This document shows, one piece after another, positions 1 to 11,641 of a stretch of DNA of 64,000 bases. The position numbers were made by a program, and so were the translations under genes. Position 1 is the stretch's first letter, and each line of letters starts with the position of its first letter. This stretch comes from Escherichia phage ime09, in sequence record NC_019503.1. The stretch is one strand, 5' to 3'. The notes under the pieces were generated by a model. It was not told the origin of the DNA, ran no database searches, and saw nothing but the letters and a program-made list of their open reading frames with translations.

Positions 1-1223
1 CAATTTATCCAGGCGGCGGCACACGCGCATCTACTGCCAAAGCAGTGTTTGGATATGGACCACAAACTGATTCACAATACGCTATTATAGTTCGTCGCAA
101 TGATGCTATTGTTCAAAGCGTTGTTCTTTCAACAAAGCGTGGTGAAAAAGATATTTACGATAGTAACATCTATATTGATGACTTTTTCGCAAAAGGTGGT
201 TCAGAATATATTTTCGCAACTGCACAAAACTGGCCAGAAGGCTTCTCTGGAATTTTAACTCTGTCTGGTGGATTATCATCAAATGCTGAAGTAACAGCAG
301 GAGATTTGATGGAAGCTTGGGACTTCTTTGCTGACCGCGAATCTGTTGATGTTCAGTTGTTTATTGCGGGTTCTTGCGCCGGCGAATCTTTAGAAACAGC
401 ATCTACTGTCCAAAAACACGTCGTTTCAATTGGTGATGCTCGCCAAGATTGCTTAGTATTGTGCTCACCGCCGCGCGAAACTGTAGTTGGAATTCCTGTA
501 ACTCGTGCTGTTGATAACTTAGTCAATTGGAGAACTGCAGCAGGTTCATACACTGATAACAACTTTAATATCAGTTCAACCTATGCAGCAATCGATGGTA
601 ACTACAAGTATCAGTATGACAAATATAATGATGTGAATCGTTGGGTTCCATTAGCAGCTGATATTGCTGGTTTGTGTGCAAGAACTGATAACGTTTCTCA
701 GACTTGGATGTCTCCAGCTGGTTATAATCGTGGTCAGATTCTTAACGTTATTAAACTTGCTATTGAAACTCGCCAGGCGCAGCGCGACCGTTTATACCAA
801 GAAGCTATCAACCCAGTAACTGGTACAGGTGGTGATGGTTACGTATTGTATGGTGATAAAACAGCTACTTCTGTTCCTTCTCCATTTGATCGTATTAACG
901 TTCGTCGTCTGTTTAATATGTTGAAAACGAATATCGGACGTAGTTCAAAATATCGTTTGTTCGAATTAAACAACGCGTTTACTCGTTCATCGTTCCGCAC
1001 AGAAACTTCCCAGTACTTACAGGGAATTAAAGCTCTCGGTGGAATTTATGAATATCGTGTAGTTTGCGATACAACAAATAACACTCCGTCAGTAATTGAT
1101 AGAAATGAGTTTGTTGCAACATTCTACATTCAACCGGCTAGAAGCATTAACTACATTACCTTAAACTTCGTAGCAACTGCTACTGGTGCAGATTTCGATG
1201 AGTTAACTGGTCTTGCAGGTTAA
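1..1223 (+). CDS. 18: Tail sheath protein gp18, C-terminal part (5' end upstream of window)
   Basis: Open frame runs from position 3 to the stop at 1221-1223 with no genuine in-window start; lies immediately upstream of the tail tube gene as in T4. Confidence 0.85.
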   Translation, partial: IYPGGGTRASTAKAVFGYGPQTDSQYAIIVRRNDAIVQSVVLSTKRGEKDIYDSNIYIDDFFAKGGSEYIFATAQNWPEGFSGILTLSGGLSSNAEVTAGDLMEAWDFFADRESVDVQLFIAGSCAGESLETASTVQKHVVSIGDARQDCLVLCSPPRETVVGIPVTRAVDNLVNWRTAAGSYTDNNFNISSTYAAIDGNYKYQYDKYNDVNRWVPLAADIAGLCARTDNVSQTWMSPAGYNRGQILNVIKLAIETRQAQRDRLYQEAINPVTGTGGDGYVLYGDKTATSVPSPFDRINVRRLFNMLKTNIGRSSKYRLFELNNAFTRSSFRTETSQYLQGIKALGGIYEYRVVCDTTNNTPSVIDRNEFVATFYIQPARSINYITLNFVATATGADFDELTGLAG

Positions 1224-1239
1224 TACGGTGCATTCTAAA

Positions 1240-1257
1240 GGCCTGTTTCGGCAGGCC
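1240..1257 (+). terminator. GC hairpin with UUCG loop after gene 18 (no U-tract; RNA-stability/attenuator-like)
   Basis: ggcctgu uucg gcaggcc. Confidence 0.4.
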
Positions 1258-1258
1258 A

Positions 1259-1266
1259 TATAAATA
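1259..1266 (+). promoter_or_regulatory. Late promoter box TATAAATA
   Basis: Exact TATAAATA; a second copy at 1318-1325 lies 15 nt before gene 19 ATG. Confidence 0.5.
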
Positions 1267-1317
1267 CACTATATCCTTAATTCTTTAATTCTATATGCCC
1301 TAGGTTAAACATAGGGA

Positions 1318-1325
1318 TATAAATA
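1318..1325 (+). promoter_or_regulatory. Late promoter box TATAAATA for gene 19
   Basis: Exact TATAAATA 15 nt upstream of ATG 1340. Confidence 0.55.
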
Positions 1326-1339
1326 CTACAGAGGCTAAT

Positions 1340-1831
1340 ATGTTTGTAGATGATGTAACACGAGCGTTTGAATCTGGTGATTTTGCTCGACCTAACTTAT
1401 TCCAAGTAGAAATTTCTTATCTTGGACAAAATTTTACGTTTCAATGCAAAGCCACTGCTTTACCAGCTGGTATTGTAGAAAAAATTCCAGTAGGATTTAT
1501 GAACCGTAAAATTAACGTAGCAGGCGATCGTACATTCGATGACTGGACTGTTACAGTAATGAACGATGAGGCACATGATGCTCGTCAGAAGTTTGTTGAT
1601 TGGCAAAGCATTGCTGCTGGGCAAGGGAACGAAATTACTGGTGGAAAACCAGCAGAGTATAAAAAGAGCGCTGTTGTTCGCCAATATGCTCGTGACGCTA
1701 AAACTGTAACAAAAGAAGTCGAAATTAAAGGTCTGTGGCCTACTAACGTGGGTGAACTTCAATTAGATTGGGATTCAAACAATGAAATCCAAACCTTTGA
1801 AGTAACTCTTGCTCTCGATTATTGGGAATAA
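1340..1831 (+). CDS. 19: Tail tube protein gp19 (163 aa)
   Basis: ATG at 1340 with SD gaggc 5 nt upstream; 163 aa as in T4 gp19; TATAAATA late box just upstream. Confidence 0.95.
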   Translation: MFVDDVTRAFESGDFARPNLFQVEISYLGQNFTFQCKATALPAGIVEKIPVGFMNRKINVAGDRTFDDWTVTVMNDEAHDARQKFVDWQSIAAGQGNEITGGKPAEYKKSAVVRQYARDAKTVTKEVEIKGLWPTNVGELQLDWDSNNEIQTFEVTLALDYWE

Positions 1832-1837
1832 AATGAA

Positions 1838-1853
1838 TGGGGAGAAATCCCCA
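1838..1853 (+). terminator. Hairpin with GAAA tetraloop after gene 19
   Basis: tgggga gaaa tcccca; no U-tract. Confidence 0.4.
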
Positions 1854-1863
1854 TCCTGCTTAA

Positions 1864-3488
<1,625 letters not shown>

Positions 3489-3489
<1 letters not shown>

Positions 3490-3746
3490 TGGAAGGTTTA
3501 ATTGAAGCTATTAAATCAAACGACCTCGTAGCCGCTCGTAAATTCTTTGCTGAAGCCATGGCTGCAAGAACGATTGATTTAATTAAAGAAGAAAAAATCG
3601 CTATCGCTCGTAATTTCTTAATCGAAGGTGAAGAACCTGATGATGAGGATGATGACGAAGACGAGGACGACGAAGATAGCGATGATAAAGACGACAAAAA
3701 AGACAAAGACTCTGACGAAGATGACGAAGACGAGGATGATGAATAA
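3489..3746 (+). CDS. 67: Prohead core protein gp67 with poly-Asp/Glu C-terminal tail
   Basis: 85 aa ORF, TAATG overlap with gene 20 stop; extremely acidic tail; T4 position between 20 and 68. Confidence 0.85.
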
Positions 3747-4171
3747 TGCTTCTAATCCCTGAAACTCATGAATTAGTTCTCGAGAATGTCGAAGCACTTA
3801 TTCCTGAAGCACAGGGTCGCTTTGACGAATTGTCTTCTGCTTTAAATAAAGACGATATAAATACAATTGTCGAGAATATGCTTGATGATGAAACTGATTT
3901 AGCGATTGCATTAGCTTCTATTAATGAAGATATGCCGCTAAATGAATTCATCGTTAAACATGTTTCTGCTCGTGGTGAAATTACACGTACCAAAGACCGT
4001 AAAACGCGTGAACGTAATGCATTTCAAACCACCGGGCTGTCTAAAGCAAAACGTAGACAAATCGCTCGCAAAGCTACCAAAACGAAGATTGCCAATCCAG
4101 CAGGTCAATCTCGTGCTCAGCGTAAGCGTAAAAAAGCTCTTAAACGCCGTAAAGCATTAGGATTAAGCTAA
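3746..4171 (+). CDS. 68: Prohead core protein gp68
   Basis: 141 aa, TAATG coupling to gp67, basic C-terminus; T4 synteny. Confidence 0.85.
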   Translation: MLLIPETHELVLENVEALIPEAQGRFDELSSALNKDDINTIVENMLDDETDLAIALASINEDMPLNEFIVKHVSARGEITRTKDRKTRERNAFQTTGLSKAKRRQIARKATKTKIANPAGQSRAQRKRKKALKRRKALGLS

Positions 4172-4809
4172 TGAATGAACCCCAATTACTAATTGAAACT
4201 TGGGGTCAACCTGGCGAAATTATTGATGGTGTGCCAATGCTTGAATCTCATGATGGAAAAGACCTCGGTTTAAAACCTGGTTTATACATCGAAGGAATAT
4301 TCATGCAAGCGGAAGTCGTCAATAGAAATAAACGTCTTTATCCAAAACGCATATTAGAAAAAGCGGTAAAAGACTATATCAATGAGCAAGTTTTAACTAA
4401 ACAAGCTCTCGGAGAATTAAATCATCCTCCACGCGCTAATGTTGACCCGATGCAAGCCGCTATCATTATAGAAGATATGTGGTGGAAAGGAAATGACGTA
4501 TACGGACGAGCTCGTGTTATTGAAGGTGACCATGGTCCTGGAGATAAATTAGCAGCTAATATTCGTGCCGGATGGATTCCAGGAGTTTCTTCTCGTGGAT
4601 TAGGTTCATTGACTGACACAAATAAAGGTTATCGTATCGTAAACGAAGGATTCAAATTAACTGTAGGTGTTGATGCAGTATGGGGTCCAAGTGCTCCAGA
4701 TGCATGGGTAACTCCTAAGGAAATTACCGAATCACAGACGGCGGAAGCCGATACAAGTGCCGATGACGCCTATATGGCTCTCGCAGAGGCCATGAAAAAA
4801 GCGTTATAA
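4171..4809 (+). CDS. 21: Prohead core protease gp21
   Basis: 212 aa, start overlaps gp68 stop; position upstream of scaffold and major capsid genes. Confidence 0.92.
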   Translation: MNEPQLLIETWGQPGEIIDGVPMLESHDGKDLGLKPGLYIEGIFMQAEVVNRNKRLYPKRILEKAVKDYINEQVLTKQALGELNHPPRANVDPMQAAIIIEDMWWKGNDVYGRARVIEGDHGPGDKLAANIRAGWIPGVSSRGLGSLTDTNKGYRIVNEGFKLTVGVDAVWGPSAPDAWVTPKEITESQTAEADTSADDAYMALAEAMKKAL

Positions 4810-4812
4810 ATA
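4805..4812 (+). promoter_or_regulatory. Late promoter box TATAAATA for gene 22
   Basis: Exact TATAAATA overlapping gene 21 stop, 28 nt upstream of ATG 4840. Confidence 0.5.
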
Positions 4813-4839
4813 TTATTATCTAAACAACAGGACTACAAA

Positions 4840-5649
4840 ATGCTTAAAGAACAACTGATTGCTGAAGCGCAAAAAATTGATGCTTCCGTTGCTCTTGATA
4901 GTATTTTCGAATCAGTTAATATTTCTCCGGAAGCAAAAGAAACTTTCGGCACTGTATTCGAAGCTACCGTCAAGCAGCACGCCGTTAAATTAGCTGAATC
5001 TCATATCGCTAAAATTGCTGAAAAAGCAGAAGAAGAAGTAGAAAAAAATAAAGAAGAAGCCGAAGAAAAAGCTGAGAAGAAAATCGCTGAGCAAGCTTCT
5101 AAATTCATCGACCATCTTGCAAAAGAATGGCTCGCTGAAAATAAATTAGCAGTTGATAAAGGCATCAAAGCCGAACTGTTTGAATCCATGCTTGGTGGAT
5201 TAAAAGAGCTCTTTGTTGAACACAACGTTGTTGTTCCAGAAGAATCAGTTGATGTTGTAGCTGAAATGGAAGAAGAGCTGCAAGAACATAAAGAAGAATC
5301 AGCTCGTCTGTTCGAAGAACTCAATAAGCGTGACGCATATATCAATTATGTGCAGCGTGAAGTGGCATTGAGCGAAAGTACTAAAGATCTGACTGAGTCT
5401 CAAAAAGAAAAAGTCTCTGCTCTGGTCGAAGGTATGGATTATTCAGATGAATTCTCAAGTAAATTGAGTGCCATCGTAGAAATGGTGAAGAAGTCTAATA
5501 AAGATGAAAGCACTATTACTGAGGGTATAAATACTCCTGATACTGAAGCAGCCGGACTGAATTTCGTCACTGAAGCTGTAGAAGATAAAGCTGCACCTGG
5601 TGCAGAAGATATTGTAAGTGTATATGCGAAAGTCGCATCTCGTTTCTAA
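4840..5649 (+). CDS. 22: Prohead scaffolding core protein gp22
   Basis: 269 aa, strongly acidic/coiled-coil-like, preceded by TATAAATA at 4805-4812. Confidence 0.92.
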   Translation: MLKEQLIAEAQKIDASVALDSIFESVNISPEAKETFGTVFEATVKQHAVKLAESHIAKIAEKAEEEVEKNKEEAEEKAEKKIAEQASKFIDHLAKEWLAENKLAVDKGIKAELFESMLGGLKELFVEHNVVVPEESVDVVAEMEEELQEHKEESARLFEELNKRDAYINYVQREVALSESTKDLTESQKEKVSALVEGMDYSDEFSSKLSAIVEMVKKSNKDESTITEGINTPDTEAAGLNFVTEAVEDKAAPGAEDIVSVYAKVASRF

Positions 5650-5667
5650 TTTTAAAGGTTAACACAA

Positions 5668-7233
5668 ATGACTATCAAAACTAAAGCTGAACTTTTGAAC
5701 AAATGGAAACCATTACTGGAAGGTGAAGGTTTACCGGAAATTGCTAATAGCAAACAAGCGATTATCGCTAAAATCTTTGAAAACCAGGAAAAAGATTTCC
5801 AGACAGCTCCAGAGTACAAAGACGAAAAAATTGCTCAGGCATTCGGTTCTTTCTTAACAGAAGCTGAAATCGGTGGTGACCATGGTTACAATGCTACTAA
5901 CATCGCTGCAGGTCAGACTTCTGGCGCAGTAACTCAGATTGGCCCAGCTGTTATGGGTATGGTACGTCGTGCTATTCCTAACCTGATTGCTTTCGATATT
6001 TGCGGTGTTCAGCCGATGAACAGCCCGACTGGCCAGGTATTCGCACTGCGTGCAGTATATGGTAAAGACCCAATCGCTGCCGGTGCTAAAGAAGCATTCC
6101 ACCCAATGTATGGTCCAGATGCAATGTTCTCTGGTCAGGGTGCTGCTAAGAAATTCCCGGCTCTGGCTGCTAGCACAGAAACCACAGTAGGTGATATCTA
6201 TACTCACTTCTTCCAGGACACTGGTACTGTGTATCTGCAGGCTTCTGCTCAAGTAACAATTAGTGCAAGCGCAACTGATGCAGCTAAATTAGATGCTGAA
6301 ATTAAGAAACAAATGGAAGCTGGTGCATTGGTAGAAATCGCTGAAGGTATGGCTACTTCTATCGCTGAACTCCAGGAAGGTTTCAACGGTTCTACCGATA
6401 ACCCATGGAATGAAATGGGCTTCCGTATCGATAAACAAGTTATCGAAGCTAAATCTCGCCAGCTGAAAGCTGCTTACTCTATCGAATTAGCACAAGACCT
6501 CCGCGCTGTTCACGGTATGGATGCTGATGCTGAACTGTCTGGTATTCTGGCTACCGAAATCATGCTGGAAATCAACCGTGAAGTTGTTGATTGGATTAAC
6601 TACTCGGCTCAGGTTGGTAAATCTGGTATGACCCTGACTCCAGGTTCTAAAGCTGGTGTATTTGACTTCCAGGATCCGATTGATATTCGTGGTGCTCGCT
6701 GGGCGGGTGAATCCTTTAAAGCTCTGTTGTTCCAGATTGACAAAGAAGCAGTTGAAATTGCTCGTCAGACCGGTCGTGGTGAAGGTAACTTCATTATCGC
6801 TTCCCGTAACGTAGTTAACGTTCTGGCTTCAGTTGATACTGGCATTTCTTATGCTGCACAGGGTCTGGCTACCGGCTTTAACACTGATACTACCAAGTCA
6901 GTATTTGCTGGTGTTCTGGGTGGTAAATACCGTGTATATATCGACCAGTATGCTAAACAGGATTATTTCACTGTAGGTTATAAAGGTCCGAACGAAATGG
7001 ATGCTGGTATTTACTATGCTCCATATGTAGCTCTGACTCCGCTGCGTGGTTCCGATCCGAAGAACTTCCAACCAGTAATGGGATTCAAAACTCGTTACGG
7101 TATCGGTATCAACCCATTTGCAGAATCCGCTGCTCAGGCTCCGGCTTCTCGCATTCAAAGCGGTATGCCTTCTATTCTGAATAGCCTTGGTAAAAACGCT
7201 TACTTCCGCCGTGTATATGTTAAAGGTATCTAA
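5668..7233 (+). CDS. 23: Major capsid protein gp23
   Basis: 521 aa as in T4 gp23; followed by strong UUCG hairpin terminator. Confidence 0.97.
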   Translation: MTIKTKAELLNKWKPLLEGEGLPEIANSKQAIIAKIFENQEKDFQTAPEYKDEKIAQAFGSFLTEAEIGGDHGYNATNIAAGQTSGAVTQIGPAVMGMVRRAIPNLIAFDICGVQPMNSPTGQVFALRAVYGKDPIAAGAKEAFHPMYGPDAMFSGQGAAKKFPALAASTETTVGDIYTHFFQDTGTVYLQASAQVTISASATDAAKLDAEIKKQMEAGALVEIAEGMATSIAELQEGFNGSTDNPWNEMGFRIDKQVIEAKSRQLKAAYSIELAQDLRAVHGMDADAELSGILATEIMLEINREVVDWINYSAQVGKSGMTLTPGSKAGVFDFQDPIDIRGARWAGESFKALLFQIDKEAVEIARQTGRGEGNFIIASRNVVNVLASVDTGISYAAQGLATGFNTDTTKSVFAGVLGGKYRVYIDQYAKQDYFTVGYKGPNEMDAGIYYAPYVALTPLRGSDPKNFQPVMGFKTRYGIGINPFAESAAQAPASRIQSGMPSILNSLGKNAYFRRVYVKGI

Positions 7234-7246
7234 TCTTTGACGATTT

Positions 7247-7270
7247 AAGGGACCTTCGGGTCCCTTTAGT
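7247..7270 (+). terminator. Intrinsic terminator after gene 23
   Basis: aagggacc ttcg ggtccctt followed by T-rich tract. Confidence 0.7.
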
Positions 7271-7281
7271 TGTTTTTATGG

Positions 7282-7289
7282 TATAAATA
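7282..7289 (+). promoter_or_regulatory. Late promoter box TATAAATA for gene 24
   Basis: Exact TATAAATA after gene 23 terminator. Confidence 0.55.
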
Positions 7290-7316
7290 AATCATATAAA
7301 CCAAAAGGAAAGCGCA

Positions 7317-8600
7317 ATGGCTAAAATCAACGAACTTCTGCGCGAATCAACCACAACGAATAGCAACTCAATCGGTCGCCCAAATCTCGTTGCTTTGACT
7401 CGCGCTACCACTAAATTAATATATTCTGACATTGTAGCAACGCAAAGAACTAATCAACCTGTTGCTGCTTTTTATGGTATCAAATACCTTAATCCAGATA
7501 ACGAATTTACATTTAAAACTGGTGCTACTTACGCTGGCGAAGCTGGATATGTAGACCGAGAACAAATCACAGAATTAACAGAAGAGTCTAAATTAACTCT
7601 CAATAAAGGCGATTTATTCAAATATAATAATATCGTTTATAAAGTATTAGAAGATACACCATTTGCTGATATTGAAGAAAGCGATTTAGAATTAGCTCTT
7701 CAGATTGCAATTGTTCTTTTAAAGGTTCGTTTATTTTCTGATGCTGCAGTAACAAGCAAATTTGAAAGCTCTGATAGTGAAATTGCGGATGCTAGATTCC
7801 AGATTAATAAATGGCAAACCGCAGTTAAATCTCGTAAACTTAAAACTGGCATTACGGTTGAATTAGCACAAGATTTAGAAGCAAATGGATTCGATGCTCC
7901 TAATTTCTTGGAAGATTTGCTTGCAACTGAAATGGCGGATGAAATCAATAAAGATATTCTGCAGTCTTTGATTACAGTGTCAAAACGCTATAAAGTTACA
8001 GGAATTACTGATACTGGATTCATTGATTTGAGTTATGCATCTGCACCTGAAGCTGGTCGTTCATTATACCGAATGGTGTGTGAAATGGTTTCGCATATCC
8101 AAAAAGAATCAACTTATACTGCAACGTTCTGTGTTGCTTCAGCTCGTGCCGCTGCGATTCTTGCTGCATCAGGTTGGTTAAAACATAAACCAGAAGATGA
8201 TAAATATCTTTCACAAAATGCCTACGGGTTCTTAGCTAATGGTTTACCGCTTTATTGCGATACTAACAGCCCATTAGATTATGTAATCGTTGGTGTAGTA
8301 GAAAATATCGGTGAAAAAGAAATTGTTGGATCAATTTTCTATGCTCCGTATACAGAAGGTCTTGACTTAGATGACCCTGAACATGTAGGTGCATTTAAAG
8401 TTGTAGTTGATCCAGAAAGTTTGCAGCCATCTATCGGTTTATTAGTTAGATATGCTTTATCTGCAAATCCTTACACTGTAGCAAAAGATGAAAAAGAAGC
8501 AAGAGTAATTGATGGTGGAGACATGGATAAAATGGCGGGTCGTTCAGATTTGTCTGTTTTATTAGGTGTTAAGCTACCAAAAATTATCGTTGATGAATAA
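7317..8600 (+). CDS. 24: Capsid vertex protein gp24
   Basis: 427 aa, gp23 paralogue directly downstream of gene 23; TATAAATA at 7282-7289. Confidence 0.95.
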   Translation: MAKINELLRESTTTNSNSIGRPNLVALTRATTKLIYSDIVATQRTNQPVAAFYGIKYLNPDNEFTFKTGATYAGEAGYVDREQITELTEESKLTLNKGDLFKYNNIVYKVLEDTPFADIEESDLELALQIAIVLLKVRLFSDAAVTSKFESSDSEIADARFQINKWQTAVKSRKLKTGITVELAQDLEANGFDAPNFLEDLLATEMADEINKDILQSLITVSKRYKVTGITDTGFIDLSYASAPEAGRSLYRMVCEMVSHIQKESTYTATFCVASARAAAILAASGWLKHKPEDDKYLSQNAYGFLANGLPLYCDTNSPLDYVIVGVVENIGEKEIVGSIFYAPYTEGLDLDDPEHVGAFKVVVDPESLQPSIGLLVRYALSANPYTVAKDEKEARVIDGGDMDKMAGRSDLSVLLGVKLPKIIVDE

Positions 8601-8603
8601 AAC

Positions 8604-8627
8604 AAAGGGACCGAAAGGTCCCTTTTT
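8604..8627. terminator. Bidirectional intrinsic terminator between gene 24 and rnlB
   Basis: aaagggacc gaaa ggtccc ttttt between convergent genes. Confidence 0.75.
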
Positions 8628-8629
8628 AT

Positions 8630-9634
8630 TTAACTTACCAATTCAATCCAAGCCGGACGAAGTACATCTTGTACCATTTTAACTAATTCCTTCTTAATCA
8701 AAGAAGGATTATCCGCTTGAGCTAAAGTAATACCTTCACGAGAAGTTTCTTCCAAAATATCTTGAACAGTTAGTCCCATCACCTTTCCAAAATCTTTTGG
8801 ACCAATTTCGCCAATTTTAGAAATAACGTTATTTACTCGGTTCAGTGTAACGTAGCAAGCTAAAATTCCAACCAATTTGTTATCAGCTTCTGACAGTTCA
8901 ACTTTAGCTTTAATAGGCTTATCAGACTTTTTCTTTTCACTAAATTTAGAGTTCTTGCATTTGATGGCTACACGATTGCGATTAGGCAGCCAAGAAGGAT
9001 AACAAGGTTTCAATACATATCCTTCAGCGGTAAATACTTCGCCTTTTGCTTCAGCATTCCAAACGCATTTATTTGCATCAACTAATCCAGCATGGTCTAC
9101 CGTAAAATTATAATCCTGTACGACAGAATCTAAATCATTTGGCAATTTAATCAGCTCTTCAAATTTACCGCGACCTAAAAGTGGAGCCATTTTAAATTTA
9201 AATGTATTACAGAATGATTCCATCATATAATCATCGACATAAGTTACATCACCACTTTCTGTAGTAACAATAATGTCAAATACATAAAAGTCTTTATCGC
9301 CATAATCGACATTCTTCTGAATGCCAGGTCCGGCGAATTCACCAAAGACTTGATAAGATACAACTGCTGAAGTTTCCATAATATCTTGCACTGCTTTAAT
9401 GGAATCAGCGTAATTCTTCAAAATAATTTCATACCCAAAGAAATCTTCAGCAGGAAGAATAGGACCAGTACGTTTAGCACAAGTTACTTTATCACGCTCA
9501 ATAATTAGCGAGAAATTTGTACCATGAATCTTTTCACGAGCTACCCATTCGCCGCCAGTCAATCCTAAACTGTAAAGTTTTTCAATGAATTTAGAATTGT
9601 AATGATTTTCAAGACTGCTATACTTTTTAAACAT
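8630..9634 (-). CDS. rnlB: RNA ligase 2 (Rnl2)
   Basis: 334 aa; ligase motif region (EKIHGTNFS, adenylylation Lys) recognisable; convergent with gene 24 as in T4. Confidence 0.93.
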   Translation of the reverse strand: MFKKYSSLENHYNSKFIEKLYSLGLTGGEWVAREKIHGTNFSLIIERDKVTCAKRTGPILPAEDFFGYEIILKNYADSIKAVQDIMETSAVVSYQVFGEFAGPGIQKNVDYGDKDFYVFDIIVTTESGDVTYVDDYMMESFCNTFKFKMAPLLGRGKFEELIKLPNDLDSVVQDYNFTVDHAGLVDANKCVWNAEAKGEVFTAEGYVLKPCYPSWLPNRNRVAIKCKNSKFSEKKKSDKPIKAKVELSEADNKLVGILACYVTLNRVNNVISKIGEIGPKDFGKVMGLTVQDILEETSREGITLAQADNPSLIKKELVKMVQDVLRPAWIELVS

Positions 9635-9643
9635 AATTAATCC

Positions 9644-9922
9644 TCAAAATGTAATTTCTAACCAATCACCATCACGCTGATCACTATTGACTTTAAAGCT
9701 AAATCCTTCTTTTCTCAGCCAATCACCAATTTCTTCAGTAATCAATTTATCGCGAGCAGTACAATAATAACTAAAATATGTTTTACCTTGTTCAGCTGCT
9801 TTATTAGCAAGTTCCGAAAAATCTTTAATAAAACACTCTAGCTTAAACTGTTTACTTTTAAGTGCTTTTTCACGTAATTGATTAGCAAAAGATTCATTTT
9901 CATAAAGATCATACTGTTCCAT
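9644..9922 (-). CDS. Hypothetical protein, 92 aa (T4 24.2 position)
   Basis: ORF downstream of rnlB region on minus strand; synteny only. Confidence 0.6.
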   Translation of the reverse strand: MEQYDLYENESFANQLREKALKSKQFKLECFIKDFSELANKAAEQGKTYFSYYCTARDKLITEEIGDWLRKEGFSFKVNSDQRDGDWLEITF

Positions 9923-10124
9923 TTTTCACCTTTTTATTAATATGCCTTTTTCTATAGACAACTTTTTCTCGAGTTTCAAATTTATTCTTAGCAGTCATAG
10001 CTCGAGCCCATAATACAGCCACTTCCTTTGCCTGTAAGTTCAATTCACGAGCAATTTCAATGAATGACTTTCCAGACTCATGAAGAGTAAACACCACAAC
10101 CTCAGTTCTCATAATCAATCTCAT
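9909..10124 (-). CDS. Hypothetical protein, 71 aa (T4 24.3 position)
   Basis: ORF between hoc terminator and the 92 aa ORF; start uncertain (alternative Met at 10112). Confidence 0.55.
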   Translation of the reverse strand: MRLIMRTEVVVFTLHESGKSFIEIARELNLQAKEVAVLWARAMTAKNKFETREKVVYRKRHINKKVKNGTV

Positions 10125-10190
10125 GTTATCGAGTTGGTGCCATTATATACATCATTTTCTGAGTGTGTTTTGTGTGCTTTCAAAATGAAG

Positions 10191-10209
10191 AAAGGGGCCG
10201 AAGCCCCTT
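10191..10209 (-). terminator. Hairpin terminator after hoc
   Basis: ggggc cgaa gcccc (plus) ; on minus strand followed by U-rich tract. Confidence 0.55.
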
Positions 10210-10213
10210 ATGA

Positions 10214-11632
10214 TTATGGATAGGTATAGATGATACCAGTTTCTAAAGCAGTTTTATGAATGATGTATCCATTACGTGATTCTTGAACATCAACTTCTGG
10301 ATAGTCTTTCATCATCTTCTGAAGAGTGTAACGATGCAGGTAGTATTTACTATCTGGATCTTCAGTTTTCCAATCTTTACCTTCTTCGGTCATTTTTTGG
10401 ATTTCATCCATAACCCACCAACCGCACCAGATATAAGCCGAAGTACGATGTGGAAGAGGATGAACATAAGGCAATTCACCTTCTGGTTCTGGAGCAACTT
10501 TATCAGTTACCTGAACTTGACCTTCTGCTGTGATAGTTTTGCTATCATAATCAGTAGCAGTAACAGTTGCAGTAACTTCAATAGTTTGACTTCCAATAGA
10601 TGATGTATCAACCGTGTATACATTAGTTGACCCTTCTACTGGAGAAGAATCTTTCTTCCATGAATATTCGATTTGTGCTTCTTCTGGAGCATCCGTAACA
10701 TTAGCAGTAAATGTAGCCGAAGCATCTTGCTGAACGTTAATAGAAGGAGGAGTCAATGTAACCTGTGGATTCATTGTTTTCTTATTAACAGTCAATGATA
10801 CTTCATTAGAAGTAACTTCCTTTTCATTGTAATTTTCTGCAGTTACTTGAGCTACACACTTAACTGTTTTAGCTCCAACTGTGGTAGGAGTATAGTTAAA
10901 TGTAGTAGTAGTTTCTCCATCGACCAGAGAACCGTCAACATACCACTGATACGTAGCAGACGCTCCTGGTGGCTGTGAAGCCAAGGCAGCAGTAAATTGA
11001 ACTGGGGTTCCAATTACCCCGGCAGCAGGATTAGCAGGAGTTACTGCCAAGGTAGTCGTCTGCGTCTTCTTATTAACTGTTAATGATACTTCATTAGAAG
11101 TAACGCTTAGTGTATCATAATCTGCCGCAGTTACTTGAGCTACACACTTGATTTTTTTAACTCCGCTTGTGTCAGGAGTGTAATTGAATGTAGCGTCAGT
11201 TGCTTCGTCTACAGGAGAACCGTCAACGTGCCATTGATACGTAGCGTTTGCACCTGATGGCTGTGAAGCTAAGGCAGCGGTAAATTCAATTGGAGTTCCA
11301 ATCACTCCAGCATCAGGGCTACCAGGAGTTACAGCTAAAGTAGTTGTTTGTGTCTTATTTTGAACTGTGATAGTTGTACTAATTTCTGCTGTTTCAGGTT
11401 CAGATTCTGCAACTTGATTGGTTGCAACTACTTTAATAGTCTTTTGACCGGCAGGTCCTTTTAGTACATAACTAAAAGTTGCTGACGTTTCTTCCTGTGG
11501 AGCGTCGTCTACAGTCCAAGCATATGTAATAGGTCCATCTCCAGTTTGACCACTGGGTGTAGCAGTAAACTGCTGAGTCTGATCTATAACTCCAGTAGGT
11601 GTTTTAGGAGTTATATCAACTGTAAAAGCCAT
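10214..11632 (-). CDS. hoc: Hoc capsid decoration protein, 472 aa with four Ig-like domains
   Basis: N- and C-terminal regions match T4 Hoc as recalled (capsid-binding C-terminus ...YIIHKTALETGIIYTYP); contains two tandem 96 aa Ig-like units. Confidence 0.92.
   Translation of the reverse strand: MAFTVDITPKTPTGVIDQTQQFTATPSGQTGDGPITYAWTVDDAPQEETSATFSYVLKGPAGQKTIKVVATNQVAESEPETAEISTTITVQNKTQTTTLAVTPGSPDAGVIGTPIEFTAALASQPSGANATYQWHVDGSPVDEATDATFNYTPDTSGVKKIKCVAQVTAADYDTLSVTSNEVSLTVNKKTQTTTLAVTPANPAAGVIGTPVQFTAALASQPPGASATYQWYVDGSLVDGETTTTFNYTPTTVGAKTVKCVAQVTAENYNEKEVTSNEVSLTVNKKTMNPQVTLTPPSINVQQDASATFTANVTDAPEEAQIEYSWKKDSSPVEGSTNVYTVDTSSIGSQTIEVTATVTATDYDSKTITAEGQVQVTDKVAPEPEGELPYVHPLPHRTSAYIWCGWWVMDEIQKMTEEGKDWKTEDPDSKYYLHRYTLQKMMKDYPEVDVQESRNGYIIHKTALETGIIYTYP
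10781..11356 (-). repeat. Tandem duplication of a 288 bp Ig-like domain unit inside hoc
   Basis: Units 10781-11068 and 11069-11356 encode 96 aa segments with about 75 percent identity (KTQTTTLAVTP...SNEVSLTVNK twice). Confidence 0.75.
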
Positions 11633-11641
11633 AAGTTATCC

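Noticed and set aside
353-562. 69 aa minus-strand ORF
   Set aside because: Lies wholly inside the gp18 coding region on the opposite strand, no SD
1460-1762. 100 aa minus-strand ORF
   Set aside because: Antisense to gp19, Cys/Phe-rich junk composition
10283-10603. 106 aa plus-strand ORF
   Set aside because: Antisense inside hoc; hydrophobic low-complexity translation typical of AT-rich antisense frames
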